The notes under the pieces are model-generated. The model was not told where the DNA came from, searched no databases, and worked only from the letters and a program-made list of their open reading frames with translations. Source: Vicinamibacterales bacterium (lineage in GTDB: Bacteria > Acidobacteriota > Vicinamibacteria > Vicinamibacterales > SCN-69-37). From it: DNA of 64,000 bases. Location of the stretch: NCBI GenBank assembly GCA_035550595.1, contig DASZOV010000096.1, positions 76,602 to 140,601 of the forward strand. The letters are read 5' to 3'. Below are positions 55,234 through 64,000 of the stretch, piece by piece; the first letter of the stretch is position 1, and every line of letters starts with the position of its first letter. The position numbers and the translations under genes were made by a program.

Positions 55234-56829
55234 CTAGCGGATGCTCTCCTCCGGCAACTCCTGACCGATGCCCTCGTCGAGCGGCATCTTGTCGGGCCAG
55301 GCGCCGAGCGCGATGAGCTGCTGGTCGAGCTCCGCGTGCATCTGCTCGACGCGATAGCGATAGCGCGGGTCGTTGATGAGGTTGACGATCTCGTCCGGAT
55401 CGTCGGTCAGATGGTAGAGCTCGGCCATGTGCGGCTTCGGCGAGTTCGGATACCGCACGTATTTCCATTCCGACGTGCGAAGCGCGCGGACGTTCGGCGT
55501 GTAGGGAAACTGCTTCTCGTAGTTGTACATGTAGACGTAGCTCGTCCGCCACGTCGAATCCGGATGTCCCTGCGCGATGCTCTTCCACGATCGGCCCTGC
55601 ATCTTCGGGCCGGCCGGCAGCCCGACCATGTCGAGAATCGACGGCGCGAAGTCGGTCGTCAGCACCATCTGGTCCACGACGCGCGGCTGGGTCGGCGGCG
55701 TGAGGCCGGGATAGCGCACGACGAGCGGCACGCGGATCGTCGGCTCGTGCGCCGTCCGCTTGTCGACCATGCCGTGCTCGCCATCGAGCAGCCCGTGGTC
55801 CGACGTGAAGATGAAGATCGTGTTGTCGAGCTCGCCGAGTTGCTGGAGCAACGCGTAGATCCGCCCCACGCTGTCGTCCACGCTCAGGATGGTCCGCCAG
55901 TACGAGCGGATCATCTCCTCGAAGGCCGTGACGCCTTCGGGACTGCGATCCGGGAAGTTCTTCCGATAGGTGAACAACGGCCCGTAGATGCCGTGCCACG
56001 TGGGCAGCCGCTCCTTGTACCACTCCGGCTTGTCGTCGAGCATGAAGGCCGACGGCGGATAAGGGATGTGCACGTCGGCGAAGGCGTTCTTGTACTTGTC
56101 CTCCGGCACGTAGAAGCTGTGCGGCGCCTTGTGGCCGATCATGATCGCCCACGGCTTGCCGTCCGTACGGCCGCGGATCCACTGTTCGGCGAGGTCGGTG
56201 ACGATCGTCGTGTAATAGCCCGGGATGACGTGGCGCTCGCCGCCGTTGATGCGCCACTCGGTGCCGTAGTAATCGCCCTGTCCGCGATGCGTGGCGAAGT
56301 AGTCGAAGCCCGGGCGTGGCGCGTCGTTGTCTTCGCCCATGTGGTACTTGCCGACGTACGCGGTCTCGTATCCGATCTTCTGCAGATCCCGCGGCCAGGT
56401 CTCCGCGTCGTCGGGGAACTCGGTGAAGTTGTTCGTGACGCCGTGGATGTGCGCGTACTCGCCGGTCTGGATCGTCGCGCGGCTCGGCGAGCACAGCGCC
56501 GTCGTCGCAAACGCGTTGCGGAAGTACACGCCCTCGTGCCCGAGCCGATCGATGTTCGGCGTCTTGAGCGGGCCGCTCTTCGGGTTCAGCGAGATCGCGT
56601 CCCACCGCTGATCGTCGGTCAGCACGAAGACGATGTTGGGGTGCGCCGGCACGACGGGCGTTGCCTTGCGCGCGCAGGCGCCCATCGTCAGCGCGGCGGC
56701 GGCGATTGCCAGCATGCCGAGGCGACCGACGGCACGCGGGACCGGCCGTCCGGCATCACCGGAGCGGCCGGGGCGTGTCATCTGCAGAGACAACGGAGAT
56801 CGACGAGGGGCAGGGTGCGGGAGAGACAT
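55234..56829 (-). CDS. Cys-type sulfatase (N-acetylglucosamine-6-sulfatase-like), probable lipoprotein
   Basis: Lipobox-like ALTMGAC. Motifs are [13 protein letters not shown] and the FGly motif [13 protein letters not shown], with a TSDHG motif also present. The start could be a downstream Met. It ends 13 nt before the octahaem gene. Confidence 0.85.
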   Translation of the reverse strand: MSLPHPAPRRSPLSLQMTRPGRSGDAGRPVPRAVGRLGMLAIAAAALTMGACARKATPVVPAHPNIVFVLTDDQRWDAISLNPKSGPLKTPNIDRLGHEGVYFRNAFATTALCSPSRATIQTGEYAHIHGVTNNFTEFPDDAETWPRDLQKIGYETAYVGKYHMGEDNDAPRPGFDYFATHRGQGDYYGTEWRINGGERHVIPGYYTTIVTDLAEQWIRGRTDGKPWAIMIGHKAPHSFYVPEDKYKNAFADVHIPYPPSAFMLDDKPEWYKERLPTWHGIYGPLFTYRKNFPDRSPEGVTAFEEMIRSYWRTILSVDDSVGRIYALLQQLGELDNTIFIFTSDHGLLDGEHGMVDKRTAHEPTIRVPLVVRYPGLTPPTQPRVVDQMVLTTDFAPSILDMVGLPAGPKMQGRSWKSIAQGHPDSTWRTSYVYMYNYEKQFPYTPNVRALRTSEWKYVRYPNSPKPHMAELYHLTDDPDEIVNLINDPRYRYRVEQMHAELDQQLIALGAWPDKMPLDEGIGQELPEESIR

Positions 56830-56876
56830 GTCGCCATGACCGTACCGTCTTCCTCGCGGGCCGGCAACATGTTTGA

Positions 56877-56904
56877 TTTATAGGCGCCCGCGAATTCTTT
56901 ACAA
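56877..56904 (-). promoter_or_regulatory. Strong sigma70-like promoter (TTGTAA-16 nt-TATAAA) for the sulfatase/octahaem operon
   Basis: The minus strand reads cTTGTAAagaattcgcgggcgccTATAAAtc. This is an AT-rich island in a GC-rich intergenic gap, ~50 nt upstream of the ATG at 56829. Confidence 0.45.
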
Positions 56905-56913
56905 GCGCTGCGC

Positions 56914-58134
56914 TCACCCCTGCGGGGGGCAGGCTGAGATTCGGGCGGCGCCGCTGTCGGCGATGCCGCGGCGATATTGGGCGGGCGTCTCCCCGTAGGT
57001 CCGGGCGAACGCGGTCGTCATGTGCTGAACCGACAGGAAACCGCCGAGCGTCGCGACCTGCTTCAGCGGGATGTCGGTCCGTGAGATGAGATCGCGCACG
57101 CGTCCGAGACGCGCCGATCGGATCGACTCGGCGATCGACGTTCGAAGCCGCGCGCGGAACCGCTGCTCGAGCGCGCGTCGCGAGAGCGGAGACGCGGCGA
57201 CGACATCGGCGACGTGAACGGGATCGGCCACGTGCTCGGCGATGAACGTCAGGGCACGCGCCACATCGGGGTCATCGACCGTGGCCGCCGACGACCTCCG
57301 CGCGATGACCGACACCGGGCTGACCAGGTGCGGCCGCGCGTCGACCGACGCGCCGCCGAGGATGCGGTCGAGCAGCCGCGCCGCCGAGTAGCCGAGCCGC
57401 ACGGCGCCCTGCTCGATGCTGCTGAGCGCGGGATGACAGAGATGACACTGCAGATCGTCGTTGTCCACGCCGACGACGGCGACTTCGTCCGGGACGCTGA
57501 GACGCAGCACGCGGCAGGCGTGCAGCAGCCGGCGTCCGAGCGCGTCGTGCGCGGCCATGATGCCCACCGGCTTGGGCAGCCCGCGCAGCCACGTCTCGAG
57601 ACGATCCATCGACGCGTCGAGATCGTGAGGACTCGCGGGCAGATGGAGGATCGCGGTCGCGAATCCGCGCGCGCCCACGCGCGAGACGAACGCGCGTTCG
57701 CGTTCGTCGGACCAGGCCGCTGACGTCGGATCGGCATAGCCGCAGAAGGCGAACGACGTCACGCCGGCCGCCAGCAGGTGATCGGCCGCCAGGTCGCCAA
57801 TCTGGACGTTGTTCGCACGGAACGACGGCACGCGCGTCGTGAGCGCCGCGGCAATCCCGCCGACGCCGACGACCGGCACGCGCGACGATCCGGCGAGCCG
57901 CGACATGGCGGGATGATTCAAGTCCGCGATGATCCCGTGAACGCCCGACGATTCGAGCGCGGTGCTGCGCCGCGCCGCGACCTCGGCGTCGAGCGTGACC
58001 GTCAGATGACCGTGTTCACCGAGATAGGCGGCCACGCCGCGCAGGACCTTGACGTCGTAGGCCGAGCGCGCGTCGAACAGCAGGCCGATCGTCCGATCGG
58101 CCGCTCCAGCGGAGGAAGCCGCCATTTGAGCCAT
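56914..58134 (-). CDS. XylR-like regulator (LacI-type sugar-binding domain + AraC-family HTH)
   Basis: The periplasmic-binding-protein-like N-domain contains IGLLFDARSAYDVKVLRGVAAY...GIIADL. The AraC C-terminus contains FIAEHVADPVHVADVVAASPLSRRALEQRFR...IPLKQVATLGGFLSVQHMTTAFARTYGETPAQYRR. I chose the start at MAQMAASS; the ORF extends to 58182. Confidence 0.8.
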   Translation of the reverse strand: MAQMAASSAGAADRTIGLLFDARSAYDVKVLRGVAAYLGEHGHLTVTLDAEVAARRSTALESSGVHGIIADLNHPAMSRLAGSSRVPVVGVGGIAAALTTRVPSFRANNVQIGDLAADHLLAAGVTSFAFCGYADPTSAAWSDERERAFVSRVGARGFATAILHLPASPHDLDASMDRLETWLRGLPKPVGIMAAHDALGRRLLHACRVLRLSVPDEVAVVGVDNDDLQCHLCHPALSSIEQGAVRLGYSAARLLDRILGGASVDARPHLVSPVSVIARRSSAATVDDPDVARALTFIAEHVADPVHVADVVAASPLSRRALEQRFRARLRTSIAESIRSARLGRVRDLISRTDIPLKQVATLGGFLSVQHMTTAFARTYGETPAQYRRGIADSGAARISACPPQG

Positions 58135-58274
58135 TGCGGATGGGCTGATTGTAGCAGCCCGCCGCCGCGAGCGGGCCCACAATCGTCGCTGGCGGCACCG
58201 TCCGCGTGCGGCGACGATGGGCGCGCGGCAATTTGTCGCAGACGAACGTCCCTGCCGGGTGAGATGATCAGCAG

Positions 58275-59126
58275 ATGGTCAGCAAACCGTTCGTGATCGT
58301 CGCCGCCGCCGTGCTGTTGTGGTCGCTTCCCGCGGCGCTCGGCGCGCAGGGGATGGGCGAGGAGAGCGGCATGGACGCGACCGGCGCCGCAGCCGGCACG
58401 AAGCCCGCGATCCTCGACGGCGTGACGATCGAACAGAAGCTCGGCGCCCAGGTGCCGCTCGGCCTGCACTTCGTCGACGAAAACGGCCATGACGTGACGC
58501 TCCGCCAGTACTTCACGACGCGCCCGGTCATTCTCAACCTGCTGTACTACCGCTGCGGCATGCTCTGTCCTGAAGTGCTTCAGGGGCTGACGCGCTCGTT
58601 GAAGGACGTACGGTTCGACGTCGGCAAGGAGTTCGACGTCCTGACGGTGAGCTTCGATCCGCGCGACAAACCGGCCGACTCGGTGGAAAAAAAGAAGATG
58701 GTCCTCGCCGATCTCGGGCAGCCGACGGCCGCCAGCGGCTGGCATTTCCTCACCGGCGACGAGCCCGCCATCCGCGCCCTGACCCAGTCGGTGGGCTTCT
58801 CGTACCGTTGGGACGAGGCCACGCAGCAGTTCGTGCACGCGGCCGGCATCATGGTGCTCACGCCCGACGGGCGCGTCTCCAAATACTTCTACGGCATCGA
58901 GTTCAAGCCCATCGACGTTCGCTTCGGCCTCGTGCAGGCCTCCGATCACCACATCGGCACGCTCGTCGACTCGGTGCTCCTGTTCTGCTGCCGCTACGAC
59001 GCCACGGCGGGCAAGTACAACTGGCTCGTCGGTCGAGTGCTCGCCGTCGGCGGCGCGCTGACGCTCCTCGCCCTTGGCGCGTTGCTCTACAAATTGACAC
59101 GGGAACAGCGACCGAACGCGGCCTGA
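58275..59126 (+). CDS. SCO1/SenC-family copper chaperone / thiol-disulfide protein with a C-terminal TM
   Basis: Signal/anchor. The thioredoxin-like CxxxC motif is in VILNLLYYRCGMLCPEVL, with a conserved His in QFVHAAGIMVLTPDGRV. The C-terminus has a TM helix. Confidence 0.8.
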   Translation: MVSKPFVIVAAAVLLWSLPAALGAQGMGEESGMDATGAAAGTKPAILDGVTIEQKLGAQVPLGLHFVDENGHDVTLRQYFTTRPVILNLLYYRCGMLCPEVLQGLTRSLKDVRFDVGKEFDVLTVSFDPRDKPADSVEKKKMVLADLGQPTAASGWHFLTGDEPAIRALTQSVGFSYRWDEATQQFVHAAGIMVLTPDGRVSKYFYGIEFKPIDVRFGLVQASDHHIGTLVDSVLLFCCRYDATAGKYNWLVGRVLAVGGALTLLALGALLYKLTREQRPNAA

Positions 59127-59217
59127 CCCAACCGGACCGGAGTATACTCTCGGCGCTCGATCGACGGCCCGCCTCCGAGCACCTCGCGGCCGTGAGCCTA
59201 TCCGGGTGGATACCTCT

Positions 59218-59874
59218 ATGAAAAAACTTGCTATTGGGTGCGGCGTCGTCGCGCTGGTCGTGATCGTCGTCGGCGGCGTCGGTTTCTACTACGTGGCGCA
59301 CAAGGTCAGCTCGACGGTGAAGGGACTCGCGGCGCTCGGATCGATCCCCGACATCGAGGCGCAGGTGCAGGACAAGAGCCCGTACGACCCGCCGCCGTCG
59401 GGTGCGCTCACCCAGGAACAGCTCACGAAGTTCCTGGCCGTGCAGACCTCCGTCAAGCAGCAGCTCGGCGCGCGGTTCGATCAGTTGAACAGCAAGTACA
59501 AGTCGCTCTCCGACAGCCTCGAGCACCGCGATGCGACGATCATCGACGCGCCGTCGCTCCTCAGCGCGTATCGCGATCTGGCCGCCACCTACGTCGACGC
59601 GAAGCACTGGCAGGTCGACGCGCTCAACGCGCAGCAACTCTCGCTCGCCCAGTACCGCTGGATCCGCGAGCGGGCGTATGCGGCGATCGGCGTGCCGATG
59701 ACCGGATTCGACATCGCGCAGGCCGTCGAGGACGCGAAGGCCGGCCGCACGCCGGAAGTGCAGCAGTCGGACGCGACGAGCGACACGACAGGCCTCGAGG
59801 CGAACCAGAAGCTGGTCGAGCCGCACCGCCAGGAATTGCAGGACAACGTCTCGCTGGCCGCGTTCGGCCTCTGA
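59218..59874 (+). CDS. Hypothetical membrane-anchored protein
   Basis: MKKLAIGCGVVALVVIVVGGVGFYYV anchor followed by a helical soluble domain. No recognisable motif. Confidence 0.6.
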   Translation: MKKLAIGCGVVALVVIVVGGVGFYYVAHKVSSTVKGLAALGSIPDIEAQVQDKSPYDPPPSGALTQEQLTKFLAVQTSVKQQLGARFDQLNSKYKSLSDSLEHRDATIIDAPSLLSAYRDLAATYVDAKHWQVDALNAQQLSLAQYRWIRERAYAAIGVPMTGFDIAQAVEDAKAGRTPEVQQSDATSDTTGLEANQKLVEPHRQELQDNVSLAAFGL

Positions 59875-59905
59875 CGACGCAGCCCGGCCGCCGGCCCGGA
59901 AGGCG

Positions 59906-60505
59906 GTGGTTTACAATGCCACCGTGGGGTATCGCGTGAGCGCCGTTCGCCGCGTGGTGTGGCTCACGTGGGCGTTGTTCTTCGTCGCCCGCGTCGCCGC
60001 GGCGACCCCGCGCGTCGTCGCGGACTTCGACGGCGACGGCCAGCACGATAGCGCGGTCGTCGACGCCGGCCGGTCGTCGCCCATTCTGCGCATCTGGCTG
60101 TCGGCCACGCGTGCCGTCGTGTTCCTCCGCAGCGCGACGCCGATCCAGAGCGTCGTCGCCGCCGATCTGAACGGCGACGGTCGCGACGAGCTCGTCGCCG
60201 TGGACGGCTCCACGCGCCTGCGCGTGTGGACCGTCCATCGGACGCAGTTCGAGCGCGTCCGGCCGCATCCAGCGCCGCGCGAGGGACTCCTCCAGAAAGG
60301 CTATCCGAGCGTCGACGACGCGCCGGACTACGTGCCGCCGGTCGTCACGACCGGCACGCCGGGCGCCGTCGCGCTGATCGTCTCGCCGAGCCACGCGCCG
60401 CCTGCAGGCGGCGCCATCCGTTCCCACCACGATCACGGTAGCGCGCTTCGATCGCCCGCCCTCCTCGCGCCGTCCGCTCCACGCCCGCCTCCCGCTTCGC
60501 TCTAG
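59906..60505 (+). CDS. FG-GAP/VCBS-like repeat protein (secreted)
   Basis: Signal peptide VVWLTWALFFVARVAAA. Ca-binding-type repeats are DFDGDGQHDSAVVD and ADLNGDGRDELVAVDG. The start is uncertain (GTG 59906 or GTG 59936). Confidence 0.55.
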   Translation: MVYNATVGYRVSAVRRVVWLTWALFFVARVAAATPRVVADFDGDGQHDSAVVDAGRSSPILRIWLSATRAVVFLRSATPIQSVVAADLNGDGRDELVAVDGSTRLRVWTVHRTQFERVRPHPAPREGLLQKGYPSVDDAPDYVPPVVTTGTPGAVALIVSPSHAPPAGGAIRSHHDHGSALRSPALLAPSAPRPPPASL

Positions 60506-60625
60506 CTCGAACACGCGTCGTTTCGTGATCGGTGTCGCGCGGCCGTGACGCCTCGGTGCGTCCATACCGCACGCGCGCGATCGATTCCTCATGTCTGGTC
60601 GGCGCCTCGTGCGCCAGGGGACGCT

Positions 60626-62014
60626 ATGCGGATCGTGCTCGCGGATGTTCGTGGTGGAGAAGGGTTCGTCAGTAAAGATACGGTGGCCGGCGGCTTCGGA
60701 TCGCGCCTTCGACCGTTCTCGAAAGTCACCGGCGTCGTCGCCGCGCTGAAGCGGCGGTTTCACGACTTGCCGAGCGTGCACCTCGCCTATGCCGCGGCGC
60801 TCGCGCGGCGCGCCGGCCATACGGTCGTGGGGTCGCGAGGCGACGTCGTCGATGCCGACGTCGCGCTGGTGCTGTCGTCGATCGTCGATCATCGGCGCGA
60901 GACGGAGTGGGCGCGTGCCATGCGCGCCCGCGGCGCGCGCGTCGGATTTCTCGGTCTCGCCGCACAGACGCTGCCGCACCTGTTCGAGGCCGACGCGGAC
61001 TTCATCATTGCCGGGGAGCCGGAATCCGCGTTGATGCGGATCGTCGCCGGTGACGTGCCGTCGGGCCGGACGGCCAGTCCGGAGATCGCGGATCTCGACG
61101 CGTTGCCGTTCCCCTGGTGGGATCCGCTCGTCCCGCCGCGCCGGCGTGTGCGTGTGCCGTTCGCGGGACGTCCGGTCGGTGGCGCCTTGCCGGTGCTGGC
61201 CTCGCGCAGTTGCCCCGAGTTCTGCACGTACTGTCCGCACCGCATCCAGTCGACCTATCGATCGCGCTCGGTAGCCAACATCCTCGACGAGCTGTCCGCC
61301 CTCCAGGACACGCGCGGCCCGCTGCACATCGTGTTTCGCGATCCGCTGTTCTCGCAGGATCGCGAGCGCGTGCTCGCGTTGTGCGACGGCCTGCGCAGCC
61401 GCAGTCTGACGCACACGTTCGAGTGCGAGACGCGGCTCGATCGTCTCGATCCGGCGCTCTTGACCACCATGCACGCCGCCGGGCTCCGCGCGATGAGCTT
61501 CGGCGTCGAGGCCGCGGCCGCGACGACGCTCAAGAAGGTGGGAAGGCGTCCGATCCCCGAGGCGCAGCAGCGCGAGGTGCTCCGGCATTGCCGCCGGCTG
61601 GGCATCGTCACGGCCGCCTTCTACGTGCTCGGGTTCGGCGAGGACACGTGGGACTCGATCCTCGCCACGGTCGAGTACGCGATCGAGCTGGGATCGACCG
61701 TCGCGCAGTTCAAGATCCTCACGCCGTATCCCGGCACGCCGCTCTTCAAGCGGATGCAACCGACCATCACCGAGACCGACTGGGAACGCTTCGACGGCTT
61801 CACGCCGACCTTCACGCACCCGTCGTTGACGCACGACGAGCTGACGTTCCTGCTGGGGAGCGCCTACACGCAGTTCTACATGCGGCCGTCGTTCCTCGCG
61901 AACTACCTGCGCATCGGGCCTTCGTTCGGTGGTCTCGTCGGGTCGCTCGACGCGAGCGTCAAGCGCCGGTATGCGCGCCACGCGGCGCTCGCGCGACCGT
62001 CGCGGCCATGTTGA
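60626..62014 (+). CDS. B12-binding-domain-type radical SAM protein
   Basis: The Rossmann-like N-domain contains MRIVLADV...VALVLSS...RVGFLG...DFIIAGEPE. The radical SAM cluster is CPEFCTYC, with later FGVEAAAATTLKKVGR...G....AFYVLGFGEDTW motifs. I chose the internal ATG of ORF 60545..62014. Confidence 0.8.
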   Translation: MRIVLADVRGGEGFVSKDTVAGGFGSRLRPFSKVTGVVAALKRRFHDLPSVHLAYAAALARRAGHTVVGSRGDVVDADVALVLSSIVDHRRETEWARAMRARGARVGFLGLAAQTLPHLFEADADFIIAGEPESALMRIVAGDVPSGRTASPEIADLDALPFPWWDPLVPPRRRVRVPFAGRPVGGALPVLASRSCPEFCTYCPHRIQSTYRSRSVANILDELSALQDTRGPLHIVFRDPLFSQDRERVLALCDGLRSRSLTHTFECETRLDRLDPALLTTMHAAGLRAMSFGVEAAAATTLKKVGRRPIPEAQQREVLRHCRRLGIVTAAFYVLGFGEDTWDSILATVEYAIELGSTVAQFKILTPYPGTPLFKRMQPTITETDWERFDGFTPTFTHPSLTHDELTFLLGSAYTQFYMRPSFLANYLRIGPSFGGLVGSLDASVKRRYARHAALARPSRPC

Positions 62015-62063
62015 CGCGCCGCGGGCCACGGGATCGCCGCACACCGACGAGGAGCACGACGCC

Positions 62064-63341
62064 ATGGCAGCGATAGGCAGATTTGGCACCCGAGTCGTTC
62101 CGGAGATGGGGTCGATCATCGCCGAGTGCCGCGCGCGCGGCCACCTCGTCGAGGGCCCCGACATCGAAGCCTTCGAGCAGGAATTCGCCGCGTTCCTGGG
62201 ATCCGGACACGTGCGCACGTGTTCGACCGAATACGGCCGAATGGCGTTCTACTTCATCCTGCAGGCGCTGAACTTTCCGGCCGGCGCCGAGATCATCGTG
62301 CCCGCGTTGACGTTCTGGGTCATTCCCGAGATCGCGCGCGTCGCGGGCCTCACGCCGGTGTTCGCCGACGTCGATCCGGACACGTTCACGCTCGATCCGG
62401 CCGCCGTCGAGCGCGCGATCACGCCGAGGACACGCGCGGTGCTGCCGACGCATCTCTACGGCCTCTCGTGCGACATGGATCCGATCCTGGAGATCGCGCG
62501 GCGTCATGATCTCAAAGTGATCGAGGACTGCGCCCATTCGCTCGGCGCGACCTACAAGGGGCGGATGGTCGGCACGCTCGGCGATGCCGCGCTCTTCAGC
62601 TTCCAGGCGTTCAAGCCGCTGAACACCTACGGCGGCGGTCTGGCCTGGGTGCGAGACGCGGACGTGGCGCGCCGTGTGGCGCAGCAGGCCGACGGTGAGC
62701 CGTGGCCCGGCGTTCGCCGCGTCGAACACATCCTGTGGAGCGGCAAGTGGCAGCACACGTTCATCCGGCCGAAGGTCTTCACCTGGTCGCTCTTTCCGAT
62801 CTGGTACGCGGCGTCGTGGGTCGGCGCGAAACCCGAAGCGCGGCTGTGGGAGAGCGTGCGGCCGCTCGACCCGTTGCCCGCGCAGTATCGCGGCCGGTTC
62901 ACGAACGTGCAGGCGGCCATCGGCCGGGCGGGCTTGAGACATCTGCCCGAGTTCATCGACCGTACGCGACGACACGCCCGGATGCTGGATGACATCCTCG
63001 GTGCGGTGCCGGGCATCTCGATCCCGCACGCGCCGGCCGATCGCACGCACGTCTATTACCAGTACTGTGCGTACGTGCCGGACAGCGAGACCGTCGTCAA
63101 ACGCTGCATCCGCCGCGGCATCGACGTCGCGCCGATGCACGTCGACGTCTGCACGCGCCTGCCTCTGTTCGGATGGAACGGTGTGCCCGCTCCTGGCGCC
63201 GACCGGGCAGCGACGGCCGTGCAGGTGCCCGTGTACGAGTCGCTGTCGGATCAGGAGATCGAGCGGGCGGGGATGCTCGTCCGCGAGCAGGTGGAGAAGC
63301 TCGCCGGCGAGGCACACGGCGCTCGTGCGCGAGCGCACTGA
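62064..63341 (+). CDS. DegT/DnrJ/EryC1/StrS-family PLP-dependent aminotransferase
   Basis: GAGGAG RBS. GPDIEAFEQEFAAFLGS..., IVPALTF, VFADVDPDTFTLD, VLPTHLYG, KVIEDCAHSLGA and the catalytic Lys context FSFQAFKPLNTYGGG are present. Confidence 0.8.
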   Translation: MAAIGRFGTRVVPEMGSIIAECRARGHLVEGPDIEAFEQEFAAFLGSGHVRTCSTEYGRMAFYFILQALNFPAGAEIIVPALTFWVIPEIARVAGLTPVFADVDPDTFTLDPAAVERAITPRTRAVLPTHLYGLSCDMDPILEIARRHDLKVIEDCAHSLGATYKGRMVGTLGDAALFSFQAFKPLNTYGGGLAWVRDADVARRVAQQADGEPWPGVRRVEHILWSGKWQHTFIRPKVFTWSLFPIWYAASWVGAKPEARLWESVRPLDPLPAQYRGRFTNVQAAIGRAGLRHLPEFIDRTRRHARMLDDILGAVPGISIPHAPADRTHVYYQYCAYVPDSETVVKRCIRRGIDVAPMHVDVCTRLPLFGWNGVPAPGADRAATAVQVPVYESLSDQEIERAGMLVREQVEKLAGEAHGARARAH

Positions 63342-63428
63342 ACGCGCGGCTGGTCACCGCGCTGACTCATCCGTGACCGATGCGTGCCGCAGCCGATCGC
63401 GGTGCGGTACAGTCGGTCTCCGCGAGGC

Positions 63429-63986
63429 ATGAGCGCAGTGAACGGACTCCTGCCGTATCTGGCGATTCTGGCGGCCGCGATCATCGAGGGCGAGGTGGCG
63501 TACCTCGCCGCGTGTGCGCTCGTCGCCGCCGGACGCCTTCAACCCGCCGGCGTCATCGTGGCCGGCGCGGTTGGCGCGGCGATTGGCGATCAGGCGTACT
63601 TCTATCTGTTCCGCTGGCAGCTCGCGAAGTGGCTGGCGCGGTTCCCGTCGCTCGAGCGCCGGGCCGCGCCGCTCGTGAACCTCGTGCGCCGGCGCGCGAC
63701 GCTGATGGTCCTGCTCATCCGCTTCGCCCCGGGCCTGCGCATCGCGCTGGCGATCGCGTGCGCGTACGTCAAGGTGCCGCCGCTGAAGTTCTCGATCCTC
63801 AACAGCGCCGCCGCGTTCGTCTGGGCCATCGCGCTGCTCGCGATCGTCGGCTGGGCCGGTCCCGCCGCGCTGGAACACGTCGGATTGAGCGGCTGGAAAG
63901 GCGCCCTGGTCCTGGGCGTCGTCATCCTGATCCTCTTCAAAGTCTTGAGCTTCATCGAACGCCGATCGATGAGCGACCACCAATAG
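63429..63986 (+). CDS. DedA-family (SNARE-associated) membrane protein
   Basis: LPYLAILAAAIIEGEVAYLAA....G......VIVAGAVGAAIGDQAYFYLFR...VLLIRFAPGLRIALAIACA. I chose the internal ATG of ORF 63384..63986. Confidence 0.75.
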   Translation: MSAVNGLLPYLAILAAAIIEGEVAYLAACALVAAGRLQPAGVIVAGAVGAAIGDQAYFYLFRWQLAKWLARFPSLERRAAPLVNLVRRRATLMVLLIRFAPGLRIALAIACAYVKVPPLKFSILNSAAAFVWAIALLAIVGWAGPAALEHVGLSGWKGALVLGVVILILFKVLSFIERRSMSDHQ

Positions 63987-64000
63987 GGCGTTCGCTCTCG

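Overview
High-GC (~70%) chromosomal segment, most likely from an Acidobacteriota genome. That assignment is an inference from a PadR regulator paired with an ADOP-type duplicated FtsX permease and from two giant CarboxypepD_reg-type TonB-dependent receptors. I call 43 protein-coding genes and see no rRNA, tRNA, CRISPR array, transposase, integrase or phage genes. In order, the content is: TonB-receptor 1; a TetR-regulated MacAB/HlyD-type tripartite ABC efflux operon; an esterase; a TrkA-like/NhaP cation antiporter pair; an orphan PadR; a TPR lipoprotein plus an outer-membrane protein with a PagL-like C-terminal half; a canonical PadR-ADOP pair; a large membrane-bound dehydrogenase/cytochrome c/discoidin protein; a YciE-like stress protein; YihY; a CHASE3 hybrid kinase-CheR-REC/kinase signalling operon; an ambiguous D/E-rich mini-ORF; a NYN-domain protein; an ankyrin protein; a dihaem cytochrome c; and an EamA half-transporter. 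A ~21 kb sulfatase-rich island follows (35.9-56.9 kb). It holds five Cys-type sulfatases, an anSME maturase with a SecA-type SEC-C tail, TonB-receptor 2, two membrane-anchored winged-helix regulators, an octahaem cytochrome/TPR protein and a XylR/AraC regulator. The window ends with a SCO1, FG-GAP, B12-type radical SAM, DegT aminotransferase and DedA cluster. Non-coding structure includes a family of ~90-bp REP/MITE-like elements with a GGGGCCCCACCCCC hairpin core (at least 9 cores, one 4-core array), two AT-rich 4x7-nt heptad arrays, and an 11-nt homopolymer. The best candidates for undescribed biology are the sulfatase/anSME-SEC-C/octahaem-cytochrome island, the D/E-rich versus hydrophobic antisense ORF pair next to the NYN gene, the double-barrel OMP-PagL protein, and the repeat families. 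All functional calls rest on motif recognition by eye; no database search was run.
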